64,000 nt of DNA, from assembly GCF_006345805.1 (NCBI RefSeq), contig NC_043005.1:4526001-4590000 (forward strand), given 5' to 3'. Below the pieces are notes generated by a model that did not search any database, had not been told where the DNA came from, and worked only from the letters and a program-made list of their open reading frames with translations. This document shows positions 1-13,140 of the stretch, in pieces; the first letter of the stretch is position 1, and the number at the start of each line of letters is the position of its first letter. Made by a program: the position numbers and the translations under genes. The DNA is from Octopus sinensis (lineage: Eukaryota).

Positions 1-261
1 ATGGCAAACTCCAAGACCATTCAACCAGATAATCTCTGCTTTATTCAAACATCACAGATGTTTCTCAGCTAAATTAACAAAACTAACCAGTCTTCTGCTT
101 TATATTACACACAGCTGTGCAGTTAAGGAGTTCATTTCCCAACCATCAGGTTTCAGGTTGTCCCACTGCATTACACCTCGGGCAAGGACCTTCTGTAACC
201 TTGTAAATGGCACCTGTTGAGTGTGAGTGTCTGTGTATATATAACTTTGCAGCACCTCCTC

Positions 262-262
<1 letters not shown>

Positions 263-336
<74 letters not shown>

Positions 337-351
337 CATATATATATACAT

Positions 352-387
<36 letters not shown>

Positions 388-942
388 CATACATATATAT
401 ATTTATTATATATATACATACATATATATTTATATATACATACATATATATTTATATATATATATACATATAAATATTTATATATATATATACTATATAT
501 ATTTATATATATATACATATATATTTATATATATATATACATACATATATTTATATATATATATTACATATATATATATATATACATACTATATATATAT
601 ATATACATACATATTATATATATACATACATATATATATATATATATACATACATATATATTTTTATATATATATATATACATATATATTTATATATATA
701 TATATACATACATATATATTTATATATATATATATACATACATATATATATATATTTATATATATATATATACATACATATATATATTTATATATATATA
801 TATACATACATATATATATTTATATATACATACATACATATATATATTTATATATACATACATACATATATATATATATTTATTATATATATATATATAT
901 ACATACATATATATATATATATTTATATATAATATATATATA
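263..942. repeat. (AT)n-dominated low-complexity microsatellite block
   Basis: Continuous TA dinucleotide runs with TAC/TTTA interruptions; source of the spurious YI-repeat ORFs. Confidence 0.95.
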
Positions 943-1084
943 CTACTGATTGAAAAAATATCAGACAGCTTAAAATACTAGAATATTGCAGTAAATAACT
1001 AATAATAATAATAATCTATCTCCTTCCTTTTTATTCAAATTTCAATTCTCAAAAAACAAAAAACACAAATGTATTTAGTCTTTG

Positions 1085-1411
1085 TCCATAACAAAAATCT
1101 AAATCGCATCACATAACGACAATACGGCACAACTATTTCACCTCAATTGGACCAGCTCTCTTCAACATTACACCAGGACACGTCAAAAAAGAAACTGACC
1201 ACACAAAATTCAAGAAGTCTTTGGACAAATTCCTTCAAACAGTACCGGACAAACCACCCACACCCGGATATGACTCCGCAAACAATAACTCTCTGCTCGA
1301 ATGGGCCTTGGTGCCCAAATCCTGAACTGAAAGACTTCGCCAGGTGGTGCCATTAAGTTAGACATGGCCTGGGCCAATACTGGCCAAAACCTTTCTAAGT
1401 TATTCTAAGTT
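1085..1411 (+). mobile_element. 3' end of a CR1/L2/jockey-like LINE
   Basis: Translates to [48 protein letters not shown]..., typical post-RT C-terminus; ends in a tandem TTCTAAGTTA tail; homologous to 2410..2757 on the opposite strand. Confidence 0.75.
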
Positions 1412-1420
1412 ATATATATA

Positions 1421-2052
1421 TCATCATCATCATCGTTTAACGTCCGCTTTCCATGCTAGCATGGGTTGGACGGTTCAACTGGGGTCTGGCAAGCCCGAAG
1501 GCTGCACCAGGCCAGTCAGATCTGGCAGTGTTTCTACAGCTGGATGCCCTTCCTAACGCCAACCACTCCGAGAGTGTAGTGGGTGATTTTATGTGCCACC
1601 GACACAGGTGCCAGACGAGGCTGGCTGACGGCCACGCTCGGATGGTGTTTTCTTATGTGTCACCGACACAGGTGCCAGACGGGGCTGGCGGACGGCCACG
1701 CTCGGATGGTGTTTGTTATGTGCCCTCAGCACGGAGGCCAGTCGTTGCGGTACTGGCTACGATCACGTTCGGATGGTTTTCTTATGTGCCACCGGCACTG
1801 GTACCACAAGGATACAAATTCCATTGATGTTCATCTATTTTGATTTGGTTCGATTTGATTTGATTTGATTTGATTCGATTCTCACTTGCCTCAACAGGTC
1901 TTCACAAGTGTCACAAGAAGGAAGGTATGCACAGGTGGACTGACTACGTCCCAGGTAGGGGCCACGGATTATGGCTTCACTAGTCTTGCCGGGTCTTCTC
2001 ACGCACAGCATACTTCCATAGGTCTCGGTCTCTAGTCATTTCCATGGTGAGA
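1421..2052 (-). mobile_element. Abundant retroposon with (GAT)n tail, long form with internal ~60-bp modules (family A here)
   Basis: Plus strand starts (CAT)n-CGTTTAACGTCCGCTTTCCATGCTAGCATGGGTTGG; same sequence at 25700, 34621, 34808, 57748 and 62887. Confidence 0.8.
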
Positions 2053-2075
2053 CCTATTTATATAATATATATATT

Positions 2076-2106
<31 letters not shown>

Positions 2107-2127
2107 ATTTATATATATATATATATA

Positions 2128-2325
2128 TATCTATACAATATGTTACACTATTCGGTAGTCAAGATAAAACTCTGAGTTTCAGATGCCGAAGTGGAAATCC
2201 ACAACACCATCTCTTCGGTTATCTGGCCTAATAACCGAAGAGATGGTGTTGTGAATTTCCACTTCAGCATCTGAAACTCAGAGTTTTATCTTGACTACCG
2301 AGTAATGTAACATATTGTATAGATA
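2128..2325. repeat. Near-perfect inverted repeat: 95-bp arms, 8-nt loop
   Basis: Arms 2128..2222 and 2231..2325 are reverse complements with 4 transition mismatches; loop CTGGCCTA. Confidence 0.95.
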
Positions 2326-2409
2326 AATTTCCTCTATTTACATAATATTGAGGTCTCTTTCTTTCTTTTGTTATCTTACCGTTTTATCAATATATATATA
2401 TATATATAA

Positions 2410-2757
2410 GATTTCTTGAACCCTATAGGGTCAGTTTCTGTTTTAATGTGTTTTGGTGTAATGTTAAAGAGAGCGGGGCCAATTGAGGTGAAATAATTGT
2501 GCCGTATTGTTGTTATGAGATGAGAGTGCGATTTTTGTTTTGGGCGGATGGCATGGGGCCCAAGCCTTGGATGTACCTTAAAGGTGATGCCAACATCATT
2601 TGGGCAATGCTGATGGAATATTTTCCACATCATGCAGATGATGTAGCGCTCACGACGACGTTGGAGAGAATAGAGTTTTAGCTTTTCTAGTCGACCCCAA
2701 TAGTCGAGGCCTGTCATGCCATCTATCTTTTTTGTGATTGCCCTTTGAGGTGCTTCA
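2410..2757 (-). mobile_element. CR1/L2/jockey-like LINE C-terminal fragment
   Basis: [46 protein letters not shown]... matches the LE.VQRRATK..Y..RL..L.L.SL..RR.R motif of these LINEs. Confidence 0.85.
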
Positions 2758-2971
2758 ACATATATATATATATATATATACATACATACATACATATATA
2801 TATATACATACATATATATATACATAATATATATACACACATATATATATATACATATATATATACATACACACATATATATATATACATATATATATAC
2901 ATATATATACTTACATATATATATATATATATATATACTTACATATATATATATATATATATATATATACT

Positions 2972-3020
<49 letters not shown>

Positions 3021-3073
3021 TATAGTATATATATATATATAATATATATATATATATATCTATATATATATAT

Positions 3074-3117
<44 letters not shown>

Positions 3118-3118
3118 T

Positions 3119-3171
<53 letters not shown>

Positions 3172-3553
3172 TTACATATATATATATATATATATATGTA
3201 TACTTACATATATATATATATATATTATATATACTTACATATATAATATTATATATATATTATATATACTTACTATATATATAATATATATATTATATAT
3301 ACTTACATATATATATATAATATATATATATTATATATATTATATATATATAATATATATATATATACTTACATATATATATATATATATACACATACAT
3401 ACATACATGTATACACACACATATATATATTTTGATTTTGATATATATATATACATACATATATATATATATAACATACATACATACATATACATATATA
3501 TACATACATATATATATACATACATATATTTACATATATATATATACATATAT

Positions 3554-3614
<61 letters not shown>

Positions 3615-3637
3615 GATATATATATTATATATATATA
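2758..3637. repeat. (AT)n/(AC)n compound microsatellite block
   Basis: Direct inspection; includes repeated TATACTTACATATA subunits. Confidence 0.95.
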
Positions 3638-3837
3638 TAAGGAGGGTCTAAACAGTTTCTGGCTTTAAGGGTATCGTGAAGGACCTGGTTGGAGGCCCAA
3701 CCTCCCGAGTTCTTTTAAAGTCTGTTGCAATAAGTGTGTAAATCTGAGAGGGAGAAATGTTGAATAAAATCACAACTGACTGATCCTCCTGTATTTTCTG
3801 TTACACAAAGCCAGGAACTTTTTAATGCACCCTTGTA
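3638..3837 (+). mobile_element. Mariner-derived MITE (~200 bp)
   Basis: Imperfect TIRs (..AGGGTCTAAACAGTTTCTGGCTTT / AAAGCCAGGAACTTTTTAATGCACCCTTGTA), TA ends; second copy at 31488..31693. Confidence 0.75.
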
Positions 3838-6109
3838 CGTGTGTGTGTGATCATCATCGAAGTTATTGCATTCACTTTTCCATGAGTCATTCCCATGCAA
3901 TCCACCATGAATACATGTTTGGGCTTCTTGACACATTTCTCAGTCTTTGTAAACAAAAGGCTCGTTAATACGATAGTGTTTGTTTCCAATGGAAAAGGCA
4001 GATTTAAAGCATAAAAGTTTAAAAGTCTACAATCCCAAAACTGAAGAACTTGTTAGTAATAAAGAATGGTTCCATCTCCTATTTTGGGAATATCTGGTTC
4101 AAATTGTCAGAATAAAATAGACAGAACCTCGATACTGTGAACTTGGTGCAAAAACATGTTTGATGATGGTGAAATATTACCTTGCTTAGAAACAGGTGAG
4201 GTTTGGTGACAACAAGGACACCTGGCCGGATTAAATCTGCCTCAACAAATTCCGTCTTACCCTTGCAAGCATGAAAAGTGGGCGTTAAAACGATAGCGGT
4301 GTATCTGTGTGTCCTTGTATTGACATAGTTTGATGGTTGTGAACAAGCGTTAATGTTCGTTTCCAAGCTTCCATGCAAAACAATTCTGGCCATGGGAAAA
4401 TATTGCCTTGGCAACAGGAAGGATATCTGACCATCGAATATATGCAGCATGAATTCCGTCTGACCCATGACAGCAAAGATAAGTGGACGTTAAATGATGA
4501 TGAGGAGGACGATGATGATATCTTTTTATAAAAGAGGGATATTGTGAAGTGGGGAGGTGTCTTGCTTACAAGTTATCGATTTTACACTACATCCTTTTTA
4601 ATTAACAAGAAGGGTTGTACAGATCAGTCTCGGGAGTTCTAGTCTAGTTTGATGGGTCCGGTTCAGTATTTGATTCACTGAAAGGTCGACTTGATATTTT
4701 ACTGCCAGTGATAAAACGAAACCCCGATCAATCGATTTAAAGTCCTTCCCACCACACTTGGGTTCACGTCAACCCAAAAGAAAGAGTTTGGAGTGATCTC
4801 CCTTTAGTTGTGCTTTTTTTTTAAAAAAAATATTCTCGACTGAGATCTAGGTTTTTAATTAGATATTCTGTTGATGTTACCTGTTCTGCATCTAACTTTT
4901 ATTTAATCATATTCTAATGTATGCACTATACACTGCTGATAAAGAAATTAGTACGCGAATAGATTACACTTTTATTTTTAAATACGAATGAAAAAAAATT
5001 TAATTGGTGTAAATAAATGTATAGTAATGGGTAACTATTGATTAAACACAGTCAAAGACCAAGAAAAATAGTAGAAAAATTCACCAAACTTAATAGTCGA
5101 ATTGGATTCAAGGAGAAATGAGATGATATTTAACGCTATCGTCGAAGATGGGACCCATCTATTTTATTCTTACAATACAACCACATACATTGCCGGCAAT
5201 TTATATATAATATCAGAAATATTGCATTTCTAAATCTCTCAGAGACAGAGTTATACAGTAGCAGCACCGTAAAGTGATGGTTTGTTGCCAACTTAATGTG
5301 GAAGTCCCAGGAAGGGGAAGAATGTTACTGCTATTTAGTCCCAGGACATTTGCTCTAATTACTATTGATTACTTTTTAAAATTTAATCTTCATATTCAAT
5401 AGTGAAGGTCTTTAAGGAACGGATATAATAGATAATGAAATGAAACCAGTTACATTCCGCATTCTTTTGAAGTCGATCGTCTTCGAAAAGAACATACTGG
5501 ATAAGGCTGTCCGAAGTACCGTGTTCAGTGATGTGACGGGATGGTCACGGCTGGAACGTTTTTAATTATAGGTTATCTCGATCAGGGATGGCCCGTGGCT
5601 AATATTAAATATTGTGGTCTTAGGTGTAGGTGACTGTATCAAGGGATGAGATGGGATGGTCACAGCTAAGATATCTTTAATTATACGTCTTCTCCAATAG
5701 AAACGGCATTGAATTTCGGAGAAAAGGCCTCCAAGTTTCTGGATATGAAATAAATGGTGGTGAGGCTTTCACACTGCCTCTAGGATAAATAGAAAGATTT
5801 AAAACAGGAACTGGAAACAAGGTCGTGGACTCGCCTCACCAGGAATCCTGAAATTTCAAAACAGTAAAACATACTGATTCGAAAGAATTCAAGGAAGAGA
5901 GGGAATGGAATGGAATAACATGTCAAAACCTGCATGATAAACGTGTGTCAATTTATAATACTAACGTTTTCCCGTAGTTATTACAGTTAGTATTCAGTTA
6001 TATTTAGTTATACCACTAACGATCATCCGTAGTTATTATAGTTCTATCTTCAAATTCAACCGGTTTTTAGAGAAAACGGAAATGAAGATTATAATACAAT
6101 TTCACTTAC

Positions 6110-6218
6110 CTATCTTTTCTATCCGTCCACCTTTTAATTTCTCGGGGAAAGTCACTTTGTGACGAATTAATTTTAGCGATAATTCCTTCATAGAAGAAAG
6201 CATGCTTTTGACACCCAT
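6110..6218 (-). CDS. TIMM29: Putative first coding exon of mitochondrial import inner membrane translocase subunit Tim29
   Basis: ATG at 6218 with an in-frame stop upstream; reads MGVKSMLSSMKELSLKLIRHKVTFPEKLKGGRIEKI+G; ends at a perfect AG|GTAAGT donor (phase 1). FPEKLKGGRIEK resembles the recalled invertebrate Tim29 motif PE(R/K)(F/L)KG..(I/V)E(R/K). No exon 2 found in the window. Confidence 0.55.
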
Positions 6219-7634
6219 GACTACATGTGTTTGGGTCTGTTAGCTTTGCATATAAATATGTGCATGTGAGTGCATGTGTTGGGGTGACCTTTCGCTTGGG
6301 GGACGGGTAACTGCGGTGTTGAAAGCGAAGGAAATGAAGTTGAGAATCTACAAAAAGAAATCCGGATATTCCGAGAAAACGAAACGAATAAGCATGGAAG
6401 ACAGACGTGTAACTCCATTCCTAAGTTTTTATTCTGTAAACTTTTACTTTTCGAAAGAAGTTATTAATTTATAATTATTTGTAATTACTTTTACAAGAGA
6501 AACGCAAATACATTGGTGTCGTTTTACGGGAGAAATGGAAAGATATATGATATTGTTTTTTGTTTTTTTTTTATTCTGGGCACAAGACAGTGATGGGATT
6601 AACCGATACCATTGATTCAAGTCAATTGACTGGTATTTTATTTTATCGGTTGCTAAAGGATGAAAAGTAAAGTTGGCTCCAACTGGATTTGCACCCAGAA
6701 CGTAAAGAGCCAGAAAACAGAAGTTTATAATAGAAACATTTAATAACTTAGCTTTAAGTATTTACTTATTCGTTTCGTTTACTCATGACTCCAGAACTTG
6801 ATAAATTTCTTTTCTATAAACTTTTAAATAATATTTTTACTTTTCGAAATGAGTTTTCAGTTTGTAATTACTATTGCACGAAAAATTACAAAAGAAATTT
6901 CAAGTAATGTCTTTGAATTACCTATTTATATGCATATATTTATTCGTTTCACTTTTTCCGGATAACCAATACTATTTCTGTACATACCCATATTCGTTAT
7001 TAATTCTGTTGAAAGCGGATATAACCCATCCTTGGGTTATATTTTTACTCAGAAGGATTTGTGTTATGGATGATTTGATGATTTGAAATCGAAAATTATA
7101 ATAGTTATGTGATGTGATATAACTGCTCAGCAGCTCATAGACGTGAAGGGTTTAAAGATTCAAGAGAAACATTAATTTCACCGGGCATAGAGGCCCTGCG
7201 AAAGTCATGTGGTCTGTCCTTTCTCCAGACCCGGCAAAATATAAAATGAACTAATATCGACTGAGGATCGAACAGGTTCACAAATTAAATTCGCTGTGTC
7301 TGTTCATTTTGCTCTCAGCCTGCTAGAAACAGCAGTCAAATCTTTGTATCAGACGCTCTCGCCTTAAAATAGGAAGGACAGACTGGTTTATGTGATCCTG
7401 GTTGCACCTCGCTTGGATTTTAAAAATATATATGTAAAATGATTAGGGTCCCAACGACTTTGATCTTTAAAAGCCTGCTCAACAAGGGCTGACAACAAAA
7501 CTCGTGTGATGATCATGCATTTCTCGGGAGCATTGACTGTAAAATGAAACTATACAGAGGAAAATACACTTCACAAGCTCTTTTAATACATTATAACTAC
7601 TATAAAATGTTGGTGGGAAAAAAAAAATATGAGC

Positions 7635-7706
7635 CTCCCCGGCGGGGAATCGAACCCCGGTCTCCCGCGTGACAGGCGGGGATACTTACCACTATACTAC
7701 CGAGGA
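7635..7706 (-). tRNA. tRNA-Asp(GTC): tRNA-Asp(GTC), solitary copy
   Basis: 72-nt TCCTCGGTAGTATAGTGGTAAGTATCCCCGCCTGTCACGCGGGAGACCGGGGTTCGATTCCCCGCCGGGGAG; intact cloverleaf, A/B boxes, T-run terminator downstream. Confidence 0.97.
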
Positions 7707-8862
7707 CCGGCTGTTAGATTGACTTTCATTTTAGAAAGTCATTCTATTACAACTTTCCCATTTGATATCAATTTAGAAATCCCTTTAAATTCAAACATCT
7801 TCTCTTCTTTCACTACATAAATATTTTACTAAACATTGTTCGTCATCGTTTTCGATAACATACGAAGGTAACGTTCCGATGTTTTAAAGCCAGCCACGCC
7901 CAAACAAGATATCTGCAATCTATAAATGATTATTTGTGCTCTCAAGTTAATAAATTAATCGTTCGACATTCTTAAGTTCAAATCCTTTGGAAGTTGCAAT
8001 TATTCATGTTTCTGAAACAGTAATCTATCGATCCGTCTTGCACGAGGCTAGAGTTATAAAAACCAAGGGCATAACTACAGTTCAGTGCCCCGCAAATTTG
8101 TTTCCTCATACTTTCTGAAAATGTTGTACTTTTTGATGAAATTTTCCTTATATATTTTTTAGAGGGTGTAGACTACAATTATGCAGAGAAAGTGCAGAAA
8201 GAATTTCTAAATTTGCTAGCTTTAGCATTTTTCACATTTTTTCCCCCAGATATCTATGTTTGAAACATCGACATAATGTAATCTACATTCTCAAAATATT
8301 ATTTCTGGAAAATGAATGTCAAAATACATATTTAAAGATAGTTATGAGGAGAGAAGAATGATCTGAAATAGGAAAGAATGGTCTGAAGAGAGAGGAAGAA
8401 AGAGCTGAAACGTCAAAAAACCTTAACATAACCTTAATCAACACCTTGAGAGACGTATCACTCATTATTTTATTAAATATGCATGAGGAAACAAAGTGAC
8501 GCAGGTGGAGGAATGGACCGATCTGTTGTTATGCCGAAAGACTCTGTAGGTCCCATTTAATTTCTCTTGTATTCTTCATTGTGCTGAGACAATTCCATCC
8601 TTCGGCAGATGACAATAAGGAAATTGAGAATTTTAACAGATGTAAAAGTCTTTTAATAACATCTTTGTGCAAGTTTTAATGAAATGAGGTAAAGAATTTG
8701 CAAAACATTCGATATTTTCTAAGTGTGGTAAAAATGAGCAAAATTTTGTATTTTTGACAAACTTTGAGATTTTATACTTTCAAGAAGCTGTTTTCTTTTC
8801 GTTTTATTTCTTTTCTTAAAGAATAGAGAAACTCGTCCTCAGTCTTTTAGTGCCATTTTAAA

Positions 8863-9107
8863 AATCAACCCTTTTTGTGTGGTTCATAGAAAAATGAGTA
8901 AGGAGTCCACCAACATCTCTACAAGAACTGGAGACTGTTTTAGCTGAAGAATGGATAAAAATTCCTTTGGAAACAATTCAAACTTTGTACGAGTCCATAC
9001 CTCGTAGAATTCAAGCTGTAATTACTGCCGAAGGCGGTCCTCCCCCATATTAAGATAAATTTACTTGAAATTTTAAGGTCTTTCCATTATTTTGTCCAAC
9101 CCTTGTA
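8863..9107 (+). mobile_element. Tc1-like transposon 3' fragment
   Basis: PPTSLQELETVLAEEWIKIPLETIQTLYESIPRRIQAVITAEGGPPPY* followed by TIR-like TTTTGTCCAACCCTTGTA. Confidence 0.85.
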
Positions 9108-9359
9108 CACCTAAAGCAATTTTTTTTCAGGGGCCTTTAAAATACTATCGTGGATCCTCGATTTACTATTTCATTGCGTGGGTCCCCGAAAATATTATGT
9201 GAACCCTTAGGGGCCATATGGATCCCAGTTGAGAACCCCTGATGTAGAGACTGCCACGTTGGGTCAGTTATTTTCAGGGGCTGCAAAAACTTTTATAGAA
9301 GATCAAAGGAAAAAAAAAATTAAGTGATCAATAAAGAAAAAGAATTACAGAATAATAAT

Positions 9360-9744
9360 GGATGGAAGCACTCCGTCGGTTACGACGACGAGGGTTCCCG
9401 TTGATCCGATCAACGGAACAGCCTGCTCATGAAATTAACGTGTAAGTGGCTGAGCACTCCACAGACACGTGTACCCTTAACGTAGTTCTCGGGAATATTC
9501 AGCGTGACACAGAGAGTGACAAGGCCGGCCCTTTGAAATACAGGTACAACAGAAACAGGAAGTTAAAGTGAGAGAAAGTTGTGGTGAAAGAGTACAGCAG
9601 GGATCACCACCATCCCCTGCCGGAGCCTCGTGGAGCTTTAGGTGTTTTCGCTCAATAAACACTCACAACGCCCGGTCTGGGAATCGAAACCGCGATCCTA
9701 CGACCGCGAGTCCGCTGCTCTAACCACTGGGCCATTGCGCCTCC
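9360..9744 (-). mobile_element. Full-length tRNA-derived SINE with 13-bp target-site duplication
   Basis: Minus-strand head GGAGGCGCAATGGCCCAGTGGTTAGAGCAGCGGACTCGCGG...GGTTTCGATTCC (A and B boxes); TSD ACAGAATAATAAT at 9347..9359 and 9745..9757. Confidence 0.9.
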
Positions 9745-9758
9745 ACAGAATAATAATA

Positions 9759-10219
9759 GGCTGTGTGGTAAGGAGCTTGCTTCCCAATCACATGATTCTG
9801 GGTTCAGTCCCTCTGTGTAGAACCTTGGGCAAGTGTCTTCTACCGTAGCCTCAGACCAAGCAAAACCTTGTGAGTGGATTTCGTTGACAGAAACTGAAAG
9901 AAGCTTGTCGTATGTGTGTGTGTGTGTGTGTATACCGTCCAACCCATGCCAGCATAGAAAATGGGTGTTAAATGATGATGATGATGATATATGTGTGTGT
10001 GTGTCTGTGTGCCTATGTTTGTGTGCCCACCCCCGCCTGCTTGACAACTGGTGTTGGTGTGTTTGCATCCTCATAACTTAGCAGTTTGGCAAAAGAGATT
10101 TGACAGAATAAGTACCGGGCTTAAAATAAGTGCTGGAGTCAATTCATTCACCTAAAAATTCAAGGCGGTGCCCCAGCATGGCCGCAGTCTAATGACTGAA
10201 ACAAGTAAAAGATAAAAGA
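9759..10219 (+). mobile_element. tRNA-derived SINE with internal (TG)n (family B here)
   Basis: Head GGCTGTGTGGTAAG...GGGTTCAGTCCC, tail CCCCAGCATGGCCGCAGTC..GAAACAAGTAAAAG; relatives at 24510, 34270, 35930, 39190, 59530, 59714 and 61140. Confidence 0.8.
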
Positions 10220-10347
10220 GGAGAAAAACAACAAAAAAACTTTCCCTACGTCTCTTTCAGTAAATGACGGTTGACAAGAGATGTAAAGTTTTGACTGAAC
10301 AATCTCTAATACGGATTACTTTTTATGGACTTTGACATAGCTGTGTA

Positions 10348-11120
10348 TACAGGGTGGTGGAAAAGTGAGTAGGCATTAAAAATTGATAACAAAATCCTCA
10401 TTCCTTTTACAAATTTATTGAAACAAATGATACATGTTCTTTATTACATGGGAAAATGAAAGTAAATCTTCATATTTCAACGTAAACACCGGTGGCGTCA
10501 ACCAGTTTCCTGAAACGGCCAGGGATGAGGTGAGCAACCTCCTGAAGGATGTCGTCTGGGATAACATTAAGAGCCTCCTGCATCCTTGTCTCCAAGTCCT
10601 CCAGTGTGCAAGGTTTTGTTTTGTACACCTCCTCTTTTGTGTAACCCCACAGGTAGAAATCACACAGAATGAGATCTGGACTTATTAGAGGCCATTCATG
10701 AGGTCCGCGTCGTCTCAATAGGTTTTAGCTCCTGCACGTAATGGGGTTTCCACGGACGAAAATTCAATTTTTTTATGCAACACTGTATGTATTATGTGTC
10801 TTGTTCGTCCACTTTCACGAATTGCTTGACATGATTTTTGCGGTCTGCTATCAAACATTTCCTGCACTGTTGCCTCATTCTCCACTGATCGGGATGGGGT
10901 TGGATGGCCACTTCTTGCATCATTCACAGAGCCCGTGGTCATCAGCTTCGCATGACAACTTTTTATTGTCTCTGGATGTAGTGTTGCACGCTTACCTTTC
11001 CATGCATGCCACCATCTCTTAACCAAAACAATGGAAATCCACACTTCATAGCATGCTGCTATCTTAACTGGCTCCTGAACAGTTTTGAAATTGTTTTCGT
11101 CATAACTTCAGCGATACTAA
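10348..11120 (-). mobile_element. Internally deleted IS630-Tc1-mariner element
   Basis: N-terminal HTH-like piece (..TGSVNDARSGHP..) joined near 10715 to C-terminal WPLISPDLILCDFYLWGYTKEEVY; TIR-like TACAGGGTGG at 10348; right end uncertain. Confidence 0.85.
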
Positions 11121-11384
11121 GAATTCTATAAGCAATATCTTGTAGAACGACCATGCGAAAAGGAGAGGTGATGAATGAATGACTCTTTTAAACGCCACAC
11201 GGTCGCCTTACAATGAAAGCCAAAATATGGATAAATGAGTATGAGTGCCAGAAGGAATAAGGAGGCGACACAACCGCAGAATGTTTAAGAGAAAGGTTTT
11301 ATTTAGATGTTAGCAGAGTGTATGTCCGTGAGGGCGACATAAGTAAATACATATAATAATAATAATAACAACAACAACAACAAT

Positions 11385-11943
11385 AAATGCCCTGATGCAG
11401 TACCAGGCAGTGGCTCTCATGGCTTCTGATCTTAACTGATTGGAAGTGTTATCATGTACATTGTTTTGTCTTGGTATAAAAGATGGGCTACAGCAAATAT
11501 TCTGTTCAATACCACAGATTTGCTTGTCAGTTGTTTGACCATAACCAGTTGAGCATGTCCCTTAGTGGCTGACGATATGTGCATCTCTGATCACGAGCAG
11601 AAGTAGTGGGGAAGCATCATAGCCGTGTGTTGAGAGGAATTCTTTGGGGTTTGAATAATTCACCTCTGGAAACATGGGTGTTTCGTTCAACATCCTTAAA
11701 CAACCCTTATTCAGGGACCTTTTGAGCAAGATGGGCTACTCGACCTGAAGAAAATTCTAACTGGGCCCCACCTGCAAGGTCATGTGCTGTCTATCTTGAT
11801 ATAAGATCATCATGTCGCGCACATAAGGTTGTGATGCATGTGCCTGGTGTACCCTTATCAGACGGGTAGTCATGATGGATATACTGGGCTTTGTATATTT
11901 TACCCCAGTGTCACTTTGATGGCATGCACTGCTCTCTCACTCA
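11385..11943. repeat. Unclassified interspersed repeat flanked by (AAT/AAC)n
   Basis: Higher-GC block bounded by simple repeats on both sides; classification rests on recall only. Confidence 0.4.
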
Positions 11944-13140
11944 ATAATAATAATAATAGACAGGCCGTCATTCATACAATAATGTGTATGTGTGCTAGCA
12001 GTGTATCTGTGTGTTCGCGTCATGCATACAATAAGAACAATAACAGACAGGCCGTCAAGCATACAATAACGTGTATGTGTGTACAAACAAGGGTGTATGC
12101 GTGTGAGATAAAATACAGAGCATAGAAACGAGTCTATAACAGGACACTAGAAGTTCGGACACAAGTTGTAGATAAATACCAGTTCGTAGTAATGAACGCA
12201 ATAGTTGGAGTTCTGGGCAAGAAGTTGAGGTCACAAGGCAGAACCAGTTACTACACGTGTTGTGTAGAGGTAATGGCTTCTATGCTGTGCCGGGTTACTT
12301 GGTACAGGAAATCCTCACAGATTGAGCTAGCTGTTAACCGTGGTGAAATATTCACAAACAGCGTGAAGTTAAACCTAGGCGCAGTTACTGTTGGCGTCGT
12401 TAAGATGAAGGCGACGGTAGTGGAGACAACGTTAAGATTAAAGGCGACGTTAAGAAGAAGGCGACAATGGTAGAGGTCCTGAATACTGCTGGTGTTGGTG
12501 TTGTCGCTGTCTGTCGCTGGGTGCTATGTGGTCAGAGGTTAGTCCTTAGAAGGACTAGAACCAAAGACCCGATAGGGTGAATCGCTGAAGCTTTTATAGA
12601 AAATTAGAGGCTCAAACGGAGCATTTAGAAGACTGTGTCACGGGACCTTGTCAGAAGATTGGTTGGGTCGCACATTGGCGCGAAATAAAGCAAGAGACAA
12701 ACTGCACCAAAACCAACCAATCAGAGTAGTGAACACAACAGGGCCCAAGCAGCCGAAGGTTAACTGTTATCTGCTACGTCCGTATTTGTGTTATATATGT
12801 CAGAAAGAGAGAGAGAGAGAGAGAGAGGGGGGAGTATTTCACTAAGGGTCCGCTACAATCTAATGCTTAGTTACATTCCACCCACCCCTACTAAGGCTGT
12901 GTAGTTAAGAAATTCCTTTTGCAACCACATGGCTTTGGCTTCAGTCCCACTGTGTGGTTCCATGAGTATACTGCTATAGCTCTTGACTATCCAATGCCTT
13001 ATGAGTGAATGTAGTAGATGGAAACCGTGTGGAAGCCTATCAGGTGTGTGTGTTTGTTTGTGTCTCCTTGTCTTGACATCACATGATACTTTTAAATGAT
13101 GTCAATTAGCGACAGAAGCAGTATTCATACGTAGAGCAAA

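Noticed and set aside
1-70. Minus-strand stretch after a TTTAG acceptor as a candidate TIMM29 exon 2
   Set aside because: All three frames hit a stop within 8 codons
100-3668. Many long ORFs of YI/HT/CV repeats (also near 28300-28800, 29200-29700 and 39190-39735)
   Set aside because: These are translations of (AT)n, (AC)n and (TATG)n microsatellites, which lack stops in some frames; no coding signal
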